Source: Bacteriovoracaceae bacterium
Lineage (GTDB): Bacteria > Bdellovibrionota > Bacteriovoracia > Bacteriovoracales > Bacteriovoracaceae
Length of the DNA: 37,050 nt
NCBI GenBank assembly: GCA_018060635.1
Contig: JAGOVR010000001.1
Location: 1 to 37,050, forward strand
Reading direction: 5' to 3'
How positions within the stretch are numbered: the stretch's first letter is position 1; every line of letters starts with the position of its first letter. The position numbers were made by a program, and so were the translations under genes. The notes below the pieces were generated by a model. It did no database searches. It was given only the letters and a program-made list of their open reading frames with translations, and had not been told where the DNA came from. Below, piece by piece: positions 8,403-17,659 of the stretch.

Positions 8403-8432
8403 AACCGTTACTGTAAACCGTTACTGTAAACC
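8403..8432 (+). repeat. tandem 13-bp direct repeat AACCGTTACTGTA x2 plus a partial copy; each unit holds the 9-bp palindrome TTACTGTAA
   Basis: Units lie at 8403-8415 and 8416-8428, with partial AACC at 8429-8432. The palindromes lie at 8408-8416 and 8421-8429, immediately after the dus stop. Confidence 0.7.
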
Positions 8433-8433
8433 T

Positions 8434-8485
8434 CCTCCTTTTTTATTGGTCCTATCCTGTGGGTGAGAACCAATAAAAAAGGAGG
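8434..8485 (+). promoter_or_regulatory. 17-bp perfect hairpin whose 3' arm contains the Shine-Dalgarno of the next gene
   Basis: CCTCCTTTTTTATTGGT (8434-8450) pairs perfectly with ACCAATAAAAAAGGAGG (8469-8485) around an 18-nt loop. The AGGAGG at 8480-8485 is the SD for the GTG at 8491. Confidence 0.65.
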
Positions 8486-8490
8486 CCCCC

Positions 8491-8796
8491 GTGTTTAAAA
8501 AATTTATCACTTACAACTTAGCAAAAGAACTTTATGGGATTTGTAAAAATCTAAAAATGCCCATGCATCTCAAAGATCAACTGATGAGAGCAAGTAGTTC
8601 GGTAGTCCTTAACTTGGCAGAAGGATCAGGCAAAGAAACAAGAAAAGATAAGAGAAAATTTTTTGTAATTTCTTTTGGCTCTTTACGAGAAGTTTCTTCG
8701 ATTTTAGATTTAGCAGAAGTTAAAAATCCAAAAACTTTAGAACTTTTAGACAAAACCTCTGCTCACCTCTATAAACTCATTCAATACCACAAATAA
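8491..8796 (+). CDS. four-helix-bundle protein (23S rRNA intervening-sequence protein / Avd family)
   Basis: LMRASSSVVLNLAEGSGKETRKDKRKFFVISFGSLREV matches the family signature (..S...NIAEG......f..iA.GS..E), and the size fits (101 aa). Confidence 0.8.
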   Translation: MFKKFITYNLAKELYGICKNLKMPMHLKDQLMRASSSVVLNLAEGSGKETRKDKRKFFVISFGSLREVSSILDLAEVKNPKTLELLDKTSAHLYKLIQYHK

Positions 8797-8921
8797 TCAT
8801 TATAATTTCAATAACTTTAATAAATCTGTGAGAATATTAAGGAGCTATTAAGAGGTCTTAAACTTCCTCCGATAAGATTTTAAGGGTTTCTTACTAACCC
8901 GTGGTATTTTTAAGGATTATA

Positions 8922-10880
8922 ATGCTTTATAGAAAGTATCTTTCTCTTTTAAGTCTGAGTCTCTTAGGGATTATCTGTGATCCCGTGGGTGCTTGGGCGC
9001 AAAAAAAAGAAAATAAAAGATGTGAGCAATCTTTTAATGAGTTTCAAGCAGGTCTTGATCTCTTAAGAGAAAAGCAACCTGCTGACTGCAAAACACCTCC
9101 CTTCACTGGCGATATTGTTTCAGAGCTTAAAAAAAGAGTGGGAAATTTAAATCCTAATCTTTCTGAGATTTATAATTGTTCAAGTTTGCAAGATATAGAT
9201 GACGCTCTGATAGCGTTAGCTCAAGACCCTGAGATTAAGCTTACCTTTATGGCCAAAGGTCTTTTAGAAAAAACCCGTGATCATTTAGAAAACCTCACCT
9301 CTTCTTTTTTAGAAAACGAATTAAAAAGTCATGCGACGCTAGCTTCCCATGAGCGTGCTCGCTTAGAAATATTTCACGCTTTTACCGCTGATCCTTCGCT
9401 AGGAAAAGCTTTACAAGAAAAAATAGGAAATGTACTCATCCAAAATCCTAATGAAACACTGGCCACCCAAAGAGCGCGGCTTACGTTTAGTGCTCTCACA
9501 GATTATTGCTCTTCCAAATCAAACCCGTTATGTGATTTATGGAACGAACAATTAGAAGAATTAAAAAAAGATGGAAAAGAGCCTGTTTTTAAACTGACAG
9601 GTGGTAGTGATTTTTATGCTGAAAGTGTTCCTGTTCAAAGCTCTTACCTTTTGGGAAATGTTTTAGGATATTTAGCAACTGCTTCTAACGAATCGGTCAG
9701 GAGCCAAGCTCTGAGTAAAGCTCACAGCATTGTAGAGACAAGTGTCCTTTTACATGAAGATGTTGGCATTCATTTAGAAAATATTAAAAAAGATCCTAGT
9801 TTAACTTCTACCGATATCAAGGATTTGCGTGAAACTTTAGAAAAAGCTGACCTCCAAAGTTTTTATGCAACATACGCTGATTATTTTGACAATGATCAGA
9901 GTAAACAAATTATTAACGAGAAACATTTTATTAAACTACAAAATACTTTAGATACCGTTTTAGAAACAAATAAATTTGCAGGAAATGCTGAAAGCTATCT
10001 GCTTGCCAAATTAGGTGCTGAAGATGTGGATCGTCTTAAAAAATTAGCTGAAATTGGAAAATCTTATACGCCCAACTGTGCTACTCCCCTTTGGAATGAA
10101 GCCTCCTCTATTAAAACTCTTATCACCTGTTTAACGGAGAGAGGAACTATTCAAGCTGAAAGTGATAAATGGAATCAGCTCTTTTTAGCTATGAAAAAAA
10201 GACGGGATGAAATTGCTCAAATGCCTGTAGCAGAAAATGAAAAGCCCTATTGGAAGGCACTGGAACGACTCACTGAAATGAGTGGGAATGAAGTTTTTAC
10301 CGCTTGTTTTGCAGGGAAAAATCCTACAACTGAAGAGCTTACCCATTTTACTTGTGATAAGTTAGAAGGTGTGAGCACGCCTGATCAATTAGCAAATGAT
10401 GCTTTATCTATTTTGAGCTACTCTCAAAAAAATTCCAACCTGATGCAGAAAGGAAATTACTGCAATACCCTTTTTCCTAAAGAACACGCCTATGCTGGGC
10501 AACCGATTAAAGATCATGCCTTTGCTTCTTTTTGTGCTGTTTCGGAGAAAAATGTTGTGGCCTCTCAAAAAGTTAAAGAAGGGGAATTATGGAATACTTC
10601 TATCAATCGCAAAACAGGGGCCGTAAGCTATTACAATTCTTCCTCTCAGTTTAATAAACCTAATCTCGCCTACGGAGTTTTAGGAGGGTTAACTGCCAGT
10701 CCAGCCTTTTTTAATATTTTTAATATGAGAAATACCTTTGATCAAGGAGTGCAAAACTCTATCTATACCGCTTTTGCCGTAGATGCCAAATATAATACAG
10801 ATCAGATTCTTAATACCAATTTAGACTTAACTTGGGGTGGTGACTACGCTGATGTCTCTGGCTTCCAATTTACCAGCTAA
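8922..10880 (+). CDS. large secreted hypothetical protein
   Basis: The ATG at 8922 is preceded by AAGGA. Signal peptide MLYRKYLSLLSLSLLGIICDPVGAWAQ. About 12 Cys and no domain I recognise. Confidence 0.65.
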   Translation: MLYRKYLSLLSLSLLGIICDPVGAWAQKKENKRCEQSFNEFQAGLDLLREKQPADCKTPPFTGDIVSELKKRVGNLNPNLSEIYNCSSLQDIDDALIALAQDPEIKLTFMAKGLLEKTRDHLENLTSSFLENELKSHATLASHERARLEIFHAFTADPSLGKALQEKIGNVLIQNPNETLATQRARLTFSALTDYCSSKSNPLCDLWNEQLEELKKDGKEPVFKLTGGSDFYAESVPVQSSYLLGNVLGYLATASNESVRSQALSKAHSIVETSVLLHEDVGIHLENIKKDPSLTSTDIKDLRETLEKADLQSFYATYADYFDNDQSKQIINEKHFIKLQNTLDTVLETNKFAGNAESYLLAKLGAEDVDRLKKLAEIGKSYTPNCATPLWNEASSIKTLITCLTERGTIQAESDKWNQLFLAMKKRRDEIAQMPVAENEKPYWKALERLTEMSGNEVFTACFAGKNPTTEELTHFTCDKLEGVSTPDQLANDALSILSYSQKNSNLMQKGNYCNTLFPKEHAYAGQPIKDHAFASFCAVSEKNVVASQKVKEGELWNTSINRKTGAVSYYNSSSQFNKPNLAYGVLGGLTASPAFFNIFNMRNTFDQGVQNSIYTAFAVDAKYNTDQILNTNLDLTWGGDYADVSGFQFTS

Positions 10881-10996
10881 TCTTCCTGATCCCCTCTCTG
10901 AATGTTTAATAAGAAAAAATGCCAAAAAGAATTGGCTCATCTATGTTTTTTTTCATAGAATTTAAAGGGTTTGAGGCGTTCGGCAGATCCTTCCTG

Positions 10997-11002
10997 TATA
11001 AT
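10997..11002 (+). promoter_or_regulatory. candidate -10 box (TATAAT) for the 1670-aa gene
   Basis: CTGTATAATG lies 38 nt upstream of the ATG at 11041. There is no convincing -35. Confidence 0.3.
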
Positions 11003-11040
11003 GAACCATAAAGGGAATAGTTCCTTTTCACGAAAAGAAA

Positions 11041-14000
11041 ATGATGGGGACCTTTGAAAAAATGGGAAAAAAGATTACATTTTTAACACAAATTTCCAAG
11101 ACCTTAAGTCTTTCCGCAATTTTATTCTTGATGCTCTCAGCTTGTACTGAAAAAAGTACGGGCAAAAGAAAAGGTTCGGTATTATCTTCCACCACTGATG
11201 ACACCCCTTCAGCTCCCACTCTACAAGAACTTTTTTGGTACTCTCCTCCGACTTCCACTCAAATTCTTACCATTAACTCTAATATCAATACAAAAATTTA
11301 TTTACGTGGAAGTAGCATTCATAGTTTCCTAGGAACTGGAACTAATTTTTCTAAAATCTATTGTGTCGTCATGAATTTTGCAACTCCCTTAAAACAACTA
11401 CGCTTGCGCGCTATTCCTATTCAATTTACAAACACCTCTAATCAGACTCAAGAAAAACTTTTCCGTATCGACTCTGATCTCCCTGCAGAATCTCAAACAG
11501 CTTGTACAGGAACTGCTGTCAGCTTAACGGGAAGTAGTGTCGTCGTCGGAAGTGCGACCTTTGATCCTGAAACTGTTTCTACGGCTCTTTCTGGAACCAT
11601 AAATTCTACGGGAGTGCAAATTCATGAGAGCACAGGAACAGCTATTTCCACAGCTCTTCCTGCCACAGGAACAGCGAGTTTTAATGTTTCTACTTTGGGT
11701 TTTATTATTAATATTACGCAGTCATCAGGCGGCGGCCCTACTCTTTCCACTTGTACCGATAGTCAATGTCAACTTTCAGGTTTTGATTGTTGCTCAGAAG
11801 GTCAGTGTGTAAACGCAGGAACATTAAAACCCAATGCTTCTAATCTTCCTGATTACGCCACAGCCATTGCCGCTGTTTTACAAAACCCTAGCTCCTATGT
11901 TTTTTTCACTGATATTTACTATAGCTGTCCCACGGGAACTACAGGTTCAGGCTCAGGGTCTGGCTCAGGCACGACGACTACACTGACAGAACGTGTAGAA
12001 GATTACTTGTGTCTGATGTGTGATAGCACCTCTGGTCGCAATCCTTCTCATCCTGATTGCTTGGCCTATACTTTTTCTATCTGTCAACACAATGGAACGA
12101 ATAGTCTTTATTCTGAGGCTTTAGATCGTGCTAAGATTTTTTGTGATTGCCACGATACTTTTGTTTCTGGTTACTGTGATGGACTCTCCTACTCTGCTTC
12201 TTATGCCACCAATGGAACCATAAGTTCCGTAACTTGTGCCCCTTTACCTATTATTGGCAATACACCTTCTTTTCAAGCTCTGGATATTTTTCTGAATATG
12301 CGTAGTGTTCCTCATCGTTTTTTTAATGCGGGAGGAAGCTCTGTAGATTTTGTAGAAAATATTCAAAACAGTACCTCTGCCTCTGACCTGCAAGAAGGTT
12401 CAGCTTTCCTTTATTATGATGTTACTCCCATTAATGGCAGATTTAATATGAACTCTATTTTGGGAAGCATGGATCTTAGTTTAACGAAAACACTACCCTC
12501 ACAAGTCATTAACGTTATTGCGGGGGAAACATATGTTGTGGCCTCTGCTTCTAATGCTGTTTTTAATCCCTGTATCCTGTGTACTCCTGACTCATGGTTT
12601 AGTGCTTTTAAGGCCAATCCCTCCTCTTCTTATGGAAAAGGATTACAGGCCACTGGATTTAGTACTGATCGCATGAATTTTGCGGGAAATATTACTGGGG
12701 GAAATTACGAAGACACCCATTTTGGGCGGGCCTGCTACATTCCCCCCAGCATGATTCCTTTTTCTCATAGCAACACCACGGGGACATCCCCTTGGGCAAC
12801 TGCTTTACAATATCAACGACAAGCCCGTCTTTATACTCAGGCCGCTCTTTTTACGAATGGTTATCAAAAAGATTGGTTTGGATTCAACAAAGGGGCACTC
12901 ATTGGATCCTTTGATGGAATAAGTTGGTTTGCCATTGGAACAGGAAGAATTATTCAAGCCACTTCATCCAAACTTTTTTTAGCTATCAATGCTCCTTTTG
13001 GTGATCTCACTCAAGACAACAATCTTAATGTTCATATTACGACTTATACTGGAGTAGAGTCTGGAGCTACCAGTGATTATGATCCGAGTCTTCCTGATAA
13101 CCATCCTAATCAAAATCAAGCGGGAACGTGTCAGAAGTACCACCAATGTACCAAAGACACCGACTGTATCGCGCAGTTGGGTTGGGAATATGTGTGCGCC
13201 AATGTGGCCGATCAAAAAACCCTGTGGCCAGACATAGACATGAATACGGTAACGGAAGAAACAAGTTTGACCCCTGTTAATATTCCCAAACGTATTACTG
13301 ATTTATTAAGTGGCTTTACCGGAAGTAATAAACGTTGTGTGTACCGAGGAGCGGGAGCTCCTTGCCGCGTGGATTATGAAAATTTCACCACCGCCAATAA
13401 GCGCCGCATCTATGGATGTGCTGCTAATTTCCATTGTGCGGCGGTCACCTCTCAAAGTTTTAATTACGAAATTGCTCGCTATATTGATATTGAAACGGGT
13501 AATAATTCTTATCGTTTTGGAATGGCAACTCCTTACCTTGGAAGACCCGCTGAATATTTAGTTTTAAATCCTAATGCCATGAATGAATTGCCTCAATCCG
13601 TGCAAGATAATTTAACTACCAATGCTCAAAATTTGGGTACTGATGCTTTTTCTGCCGTAGGATTATGTCGTCCCGGAAAAAAAATTGATACGGTTGACCT
13701 GAAATCCACCGGTCAACATGGAACCGCCGCCTCGAATGATGTTACCGATTATATTTCTCAAATTGGGGCCTGCGATCCAGATCAAGGTCATGATGATGCA
13801 GGAACAGGCAGTAAACTGTGGGGTTGTCCTATTGTAAATAGTAGTGGCAACTTAAGACACTATGAAAGTGCCACCGATCTTCTCACTTCTAACTATAACG
13901 GTGATAATGATTTTGTTTTCTTACGTACACAAAATAATTGTGGAAAAGCTTCCACTAATTCTTTAGGCGTCAGTGCTTTTGAAAATATTGAAGCTCTTCT

Positions 14001-16053
14001 TTTAGGTTCAGGAAATTATCCGCAAGACCCTACACTTGTTTTGAATGGATGTTTGCGCAGAGCAGGTTCTGTTTGTCATAGTGATTTAGATTGTTCTCCT
14101 AATGCTCTTCATTCGGAGCGAGCATCGGGAATTTCTGTGAGCTTTTTTGGAGGAACTCTGGCTGAGCAAAAATACTGGGAAGAAAATCTTATTTGTGGTC
14201 AAAGTAAATTACAAACAGCTGATGACTACGAATTAAAGGATAACCGCTGTTGTCGTGCTGTAGGACAAACACTTACCATGTATAGTGACACTGATCCTAG
14301 TACGGATAGTCCAAGTTTACATGTTGATACCTACTCTATCCTCAATGCAAGCGGTACTGCCAACCGTTACTCACGCTATGAAGCGATTGGTGAACTTTTG
14401 AGTAATTCTCATTCTTCGACTTATACTTCTACTCGCTATGGAATCCCTGAGAATATTTTTTCTAATACAACCTCTACGTCCTCTCCCAGCTCTATAAAAT
14501 ACCAATGGCGCACATTTCAAAAAACAGGACAACTTACTTGTTGTGGCAGTGGCTTTGTTCGTAACTTTGAAAATGGCGGCCATAATTGGGTGAATGCTCC
14601 CCGCTTTAATTATGCTTTAGATAATTTCCGTTGCCTTAATTACCGCAGTAAATACGCCTTTGAAAGTCCTACCATGGGCGGCTTTACCTCCAGTACCGTA
14701 GGTGGTGCTGGTGAATATAATCAAGATCGCCTAAGTTTTTCTTTTGATGCTGATATTGGCGGTGGTGCGCAAGCTCTTTTTAATACTTCAGGTTCTGGCT
14801 CTAATGCTGTGGAGCCTACGGAGATGAGTGCTGGAGGGTTACAAACTGTAACTTGGGCAGATCCCGTCAATGACTTTATCCATTTAAATCTTTCTGATCT
14901 GGCCCCTTTTCTCCCTCAATCAGTTGTGGATATTTCAGGTGGCAATGAATACTTTCCTTGGTTTGATTCCGCAGATCTTCTGACCTATATTAATGTGCCT
15001 TCTTACCTGCAACCTATCTCAGGATGTGTGGCAGGAGCGATGGATCTTTCCACATGGAATGCTCAAGCTAATTGCTTTGATCTTACCTTGCCTCAAGAAA
15101 ATGCGGCTTGTAATTCTACGGGACTTACTGTGGAACTGTTGAATGGTAATTATTTTAATAGCCAAGGTTATGTGTTAAGACTTATTCGCAGTGGTGTTTG
15201 TAATTTTGCTCGGACTTCTATTACTGCTAGCTTTATTGGGTATGCCACTCAAGATGATCAGAATAATATCACATTAGGCTATGACAATATTGGTGCCAAC
15301 CCTGGAAATTATTTGTACTACCTCTACAAATTAGAACGCTTTGAACTTTTAGGTATTCCGCAAATTTCTTACGAACCTATTTATTGTAATTGGGATAAAG
15401 ATGAACTGCTTCCTGATCTTTTTAGTGTTGATACAAGAAGCCAATTTCAATCCACAGGTTGGATAAGATCTGAACTTAGTGATGGTTTTACAGATAACTA
15501 TACCGTCACTGCTGATGAGGTCAATCATGATGCGATTTTCTCTTCCGAAGAATTTAGTTGTTGTATAAAATTAGGGCAAGAAACCAATAACCCTGCTCTT
15601 TGCTGTAGTGGTTATGCTAAAACTTCGGCCTTAAATACCTCTCAAGAACTTTGCGCTCTTCCTTCTAAAACAGACCTGCACGTTTACTTTAATCGTTTTG
15701 TTTCCTCTGAAGGTGTGGGAAGCACTGAACCTGGGGGTGGTTTTTCTGATACTGATTTTAATGCCGACACAGGAGCACCCAAAGCTACCAACAATGTGAA
15801 CAGTAAAATTTATGCTATGGGGGCCAAATATTGTGAGAATGGAAGTTTATTCTCAGCTTCTCCTGTATACCCACGCTATGGTGGTGTGTTTGGAGATTTC
15901 ATTGTAGAACCTGCACCCAATCCTTCTCTCACTCGCTTTTTTAGTATCGCTGATTCCAGTGCGGATACAGGTGTGGATAACTTAGGTGATAGCACTGGTT
16001 CGCAGGCCTATGCCAATAAATTCCGCTGGAATAATCACATCTACTGTCGTTAA
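11041..16053 (+). CDS. giant Cys-rich lipoprotein, unknown function
   Basis: Uninterrupted 1670-codon ORF. Lipoprotein signal with lipobox LSAC (Cys35). About 53 Cys by my count, a GSGSGSGSG linker, and Thr/Ser/Asn-rich composition. An alternative start is at 11062. Confidence 0.8.
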   Translation: MMGTFEKMGKKITFLTQISKTLSLSAILFLMLSACTEKSTGKRKGSVLSSTTDDTPSAPTLQELFWYSPPTSTQILTINSNINTKIYLRGSSIHSFLGTGTNFSKIYCVVMNFATPLKQLRLRAIPIQFTNTSNQTQEKLFRIDSDLPAESQTACTGTAVSLTGSSVVVGSATFDPETVSTALSGTINSTGVQIHESTGTAISTALPATGTASFNVSTLGFIINITQSSGGGPTLSTCTDSQCQLSGFDCCSEGQCVNAGTLKPNASNLPDYATAIAAVLQNPSSYVFFTDIYYSCPTGTTGSGSGSGSGTTTTLTERVEDYLCLMCDSTSGRNPSHPDCLAYTFSICQHNGTNSLYSEALDRAKIFCDCHDTFVSGYCDGLSYSASYATNGTISSVTCAPLPIIGNTPSFQALDIFLNMRSVPHRFFNAGGSSVDFVENIQNSTSASDLQEGSAFLYYDVTPINGRFNMNSILGSMDLSLTKTLPSQVINVIAGETYVVASASNAVFNPCILCTPDSWFSAFKANPSSSYGKGLQATGFSTDRMNFAGNITGGNYEDTHFGRACYIPPSMIPFSHSNTTGTSPWATALQYQRQARLYTQAALFTNGYQKDWFGFNKGALIGSFDGISWFAIGTGRIIQATSSKLFLAINAPFGDLTQDNNLNVHITTYTGVESGATSDYDPSLPDNHPNQNQAGTCQKYHQCTKDTDCIAQLGWEYVCANVADQKTLWPDIDMNTVTEETSLTPVNIPKRITDLLSGFTGSNKRCVYRGAGAPCRVDYENFTTANKRRIYGCAANFHCAAVTSQSFNYEIARYIDIETGNNSYRFGMATPYLGRPAEYLVLNPNAMNELPQSVQDNLTTNAQNLGTDAFSAVGLCRPGKKIDTVDLKSTGQHGTAASNDVTDYISQIGACDPDQGHDDAGTGSKLWGCPIVNSSGNLRHYESATDLLTSNYNGDNDFVFLRTQNNCGKASTNSLGVSAFENIEALLLGSGNYPQDPTLVLNGCLRRAGSVCHSDLDCSPNALHSERASGISVSFFGGTLAEQKYWEENLICGQSKLQTADDYELKDNRCCRAVGQTLTMYSDTDPSTDSPSLHVDTYSILNASGTANRYSRYEAIGELLSNSHSSTYTSTRYGIPENIFSNTTSTSSPSSIKYQWRTFQKTGQLTCCGSGFVRNFENGGHNWVNAPRFNYALDNFRCLNYRSKYAFESPTMGGFTSSTVGGAGEYNQDRLSFSFDADIGGGAQALFNTSGSGSNAVEPTEMSAGGLQTVTWADPVNDFIHLNLSDLAPFLPQSVVDISGGNEYFPWFDSADLLTYINVPSYLQPISGCVAGAMDLSTWNAQANCFDLTLPQENAACNSTGLTVELLNGNYFNSQGYVLRLIRSGVCNFARTSITASFIGYATQDDQNNITLGYDNIGANPGNYLYYLYKLERFELLGIPQISYEPIYCNWDKDELLPDLFSVDTRSQFQSTGWIRSELSDGFTDNYTVTADEVNHDAIFSSEEFSCCIKLGQETNNPALCCSGYAKTSALNTSQELCALPSKTDLHVYFNRFVSSEGVGSTEPGGGFSDTDFNADTGAPKATNNVNSKIYAMGAKYCENGSLFSASPVYPRYGGVFGDFIVEPAPNPSLTRFFSIADSSADTGVDNLGDSTGSQAYANKFRWNNHIYCR

Positions 16054-16109
16054 TTTTTTATTTATTTTCTTATTCGACGTTTGCTGTTTTTTCAGGTTAA
16101 ATTAAATGT

Positions 16110-16889
16110 ATGTTTATCCTCTTTTTGTTTTCAACTTTTTTTACGACACCTCTTGTGGCGCAAACACATTTGACTTGTTTTCATCCTGCTGTTTGCCACC
16201 TACTTAAAACCTCTCTTTCTAAACATCAGGTTTCTGAACTTCCTCTTGTTATTCCTGATTTACATGACTTTGATCCTTCGCCAAAAGAGATTAAACTGTT
16301 TCTAAATCCTCCCCATCTTATTTTACCTCCTCTGAGTATAGTTCCTTGGGCAAAAAAAATTGCCGAAAAGCGCACAGGTAAAAAGACTTATTTCTTACCT
16401 TTACCTTCTCAAAATTTTTTACAAAAAAATTATCCCAAGGCCTCTTTAGAGGCCCTTTCTCATTTCTGGCTTTATCCTGATATTGCCTGCTTTATACAAA
16501 CAGAATTAACTCAAAACCTCAAAATACATTTTGCTCCCTGTACTGAAGATCTTAAAAGCCTTCAAGATTTACTGCAAAAAAAATATACAAAAACTTTTTT
16601 CGTTTTAGAACATGACGCTCTTTCAGCTCTTTTTACTAGACTTAAAGTTTCTCATCTGGCCCTGAAAGGATCACACCATCATGAGGAAATGAGTTCCGCT
16701 AAATTAAAAAAACTAAGTGACCTCCCTCTGACTCAAGTCATCTGGATCCGTAATAGTATTCACGATATCAGCTTTAAAAAAGTTGTTCAGAAATACAAAA
16801 AAGAAACTCACGCCCAAATCTTTTTTTCAGCAGAAAGTGGGGAACCCCTTTCTCTTCTACATAAGAACCTACAGGATCTGTCCCTATGA
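16110..16889 (+). CDS. znuA: periplasmic metal-binding protein of an ABC transporter (ZnuA/TroA-like, short form)
   Basis: Signal peptide present. The His-containing motifs HDFDPS, SHFWLYP and LEHDAL sit at the spacing of cluster A-I SBP metal ligands. There is a 4-nt overlap with the ATPase gene. Confidence 0.6.
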   Translation: MFILFLFSTFFTTPLVAQTHLTCFHPAVCHLLKTSLSKHQVSELPLVIPDLHDFDPSPKEIKLFLNPPHLILPPLSIVPWAKKIAEKRTGKKTYFLPLPSQNFLQKNYPKASLEALSHFWLYPDIACFIQTELTQNLKIHFAPCTEDLKSLQDLLQKKYTKTFFVLEHDALSALFTRLKVSHLALKGSHHHEEMSSAKLKKLSDLPLTQVIWIRNSIHDISFKKVVQKYKKETHAQIFFSAESGEPLSLLHKNLQDLSL

Positions 16890-17659
16890 GTTTACTGCAA
16901 GTTAAAAACATCTCTTTTGCCTATGAAAACCATGATGTTTTAAAAGATATTAGTTTTGATCTCAATTTAGGTGAGATATTAGGAGTGATTGGTCCTAATG
17001 GTGGAGGAAAAACCACCCTGCTTAAAGTATTAACAGGTCTTCTGCCTTTTTCTTGTGGTTCTATTTTGCTAGAAAGTATTCCCTTGCATGAATCTTTAAA
17101 AAAAAGACACATAAGCTATTTACCTCAAAAAATAAATTTCAATTCTATCATTCCTATGCAGGTCAAAGAATTTTTAAATATGGTGGCCCCTCACGCATCT
17201 TTAGATGATGTTTTAAATCGAGTGGGGCTCAGAGAAAAAAAAGAATATCAGGTCTCAACCTTATCTATGGGCGAGAGACAACGCCTGCTCCTTGCCCGCT
17301 GTCTTTTATTTAAATCAAAACTTCTGATTTTAGATGAACCAACTACGGGTCTTGATAGCACTGGACAGGATCAATTTCTAACACTTTTAGCTGATCTTAA
17401 AAAAGATCATGCCCTGATCCTAGTGGATCACAATATTAATCAAATACTAAAAAGTTGTGATAAAATTTTATGCTTAAATAAAACTTCTCATTGGCATGAA
17501 AAAACAGAAATGCTTACGCAAAAAATATTGGAATCTATTTATCACTGTGAATTTGAACACGTTCAAATTCATGAATCAGGGAAACAAGCAGATACGCATG
17601 AGTTCTGTGAAACACATCTATCTCATCACCAACATCATCATTCTAAGGATAAAAATTAA
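16886..17659 (+). CDS. znuC: metal ABC transporter ATP-binding protein with a His-rich C-terminal tail
   Basis: Walker A GPNGGGKTT, signature LSMGERQR, Walker B LLILDEP. The tail is HEFCETHLSHHQHHHSKDKN. Confidence 0.85.
   Translation: MSLLQVKNISFAYENHDVLKDISFDLNLGEILGVIGPNGGGKTTLLKVLTGLLPFSCGSILLESIPLHESLKKRHISYLPQKINFNSIIPMQVKEFLNMVAPHASLDDVLNRVGLREKKEYQVSTLSMGERQRLLLARCLLFKSKLLILDEPTTGLDSTGQDQFLTLLADLKKDHALILVDHNINQILKSCDKILCLNKTSHWHEKTEMLTQKILESIYHCEFEHVQIHESGKQADTHEFCETHLSHHQHHHSKDKN

Noticed and set aside
11944-11970. The (GGY TCW)n tract encoding GSGSGSGSG as a slipped-strand phase-variation site.
   Set aside because: Codon usage within the tract is heterogeneous (ggt tca ggc tca ggg tct ggc tca ggc), and unit changes would stay in frame. 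It is most likely just a flexible linker.
8491-16053. A diversity-generating retroelement: an Avd-family four-helix-bundle gene next to large secreted target-like proteins.
   Set aside because: There is no reverse-transcriptase ORF in any frame. No template/variable repeat pair exists: the 3' ends of the 659-aa and 1670-aa genes have no similar copy in the neighbouring intergenic DNA.
16072-16082. The 11-mer ATTCGACGTTT occurs just after the stop of the 1670-aa gene and again at 28023-28033 after the T9SS-CTD gene.
   Set aside because: Many 11-mer coincidences are expected by chance in 37 kb of biased-composition sequence, and there is no extended similarity around them.
16054-16109. A Zur/Fur box in front of znuA.
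   Set aside because: The 56-nt gap has no AT-rich palindrome of the GAAATGTTATAWTATAACATTTC type. Regulation may lie further upstream.
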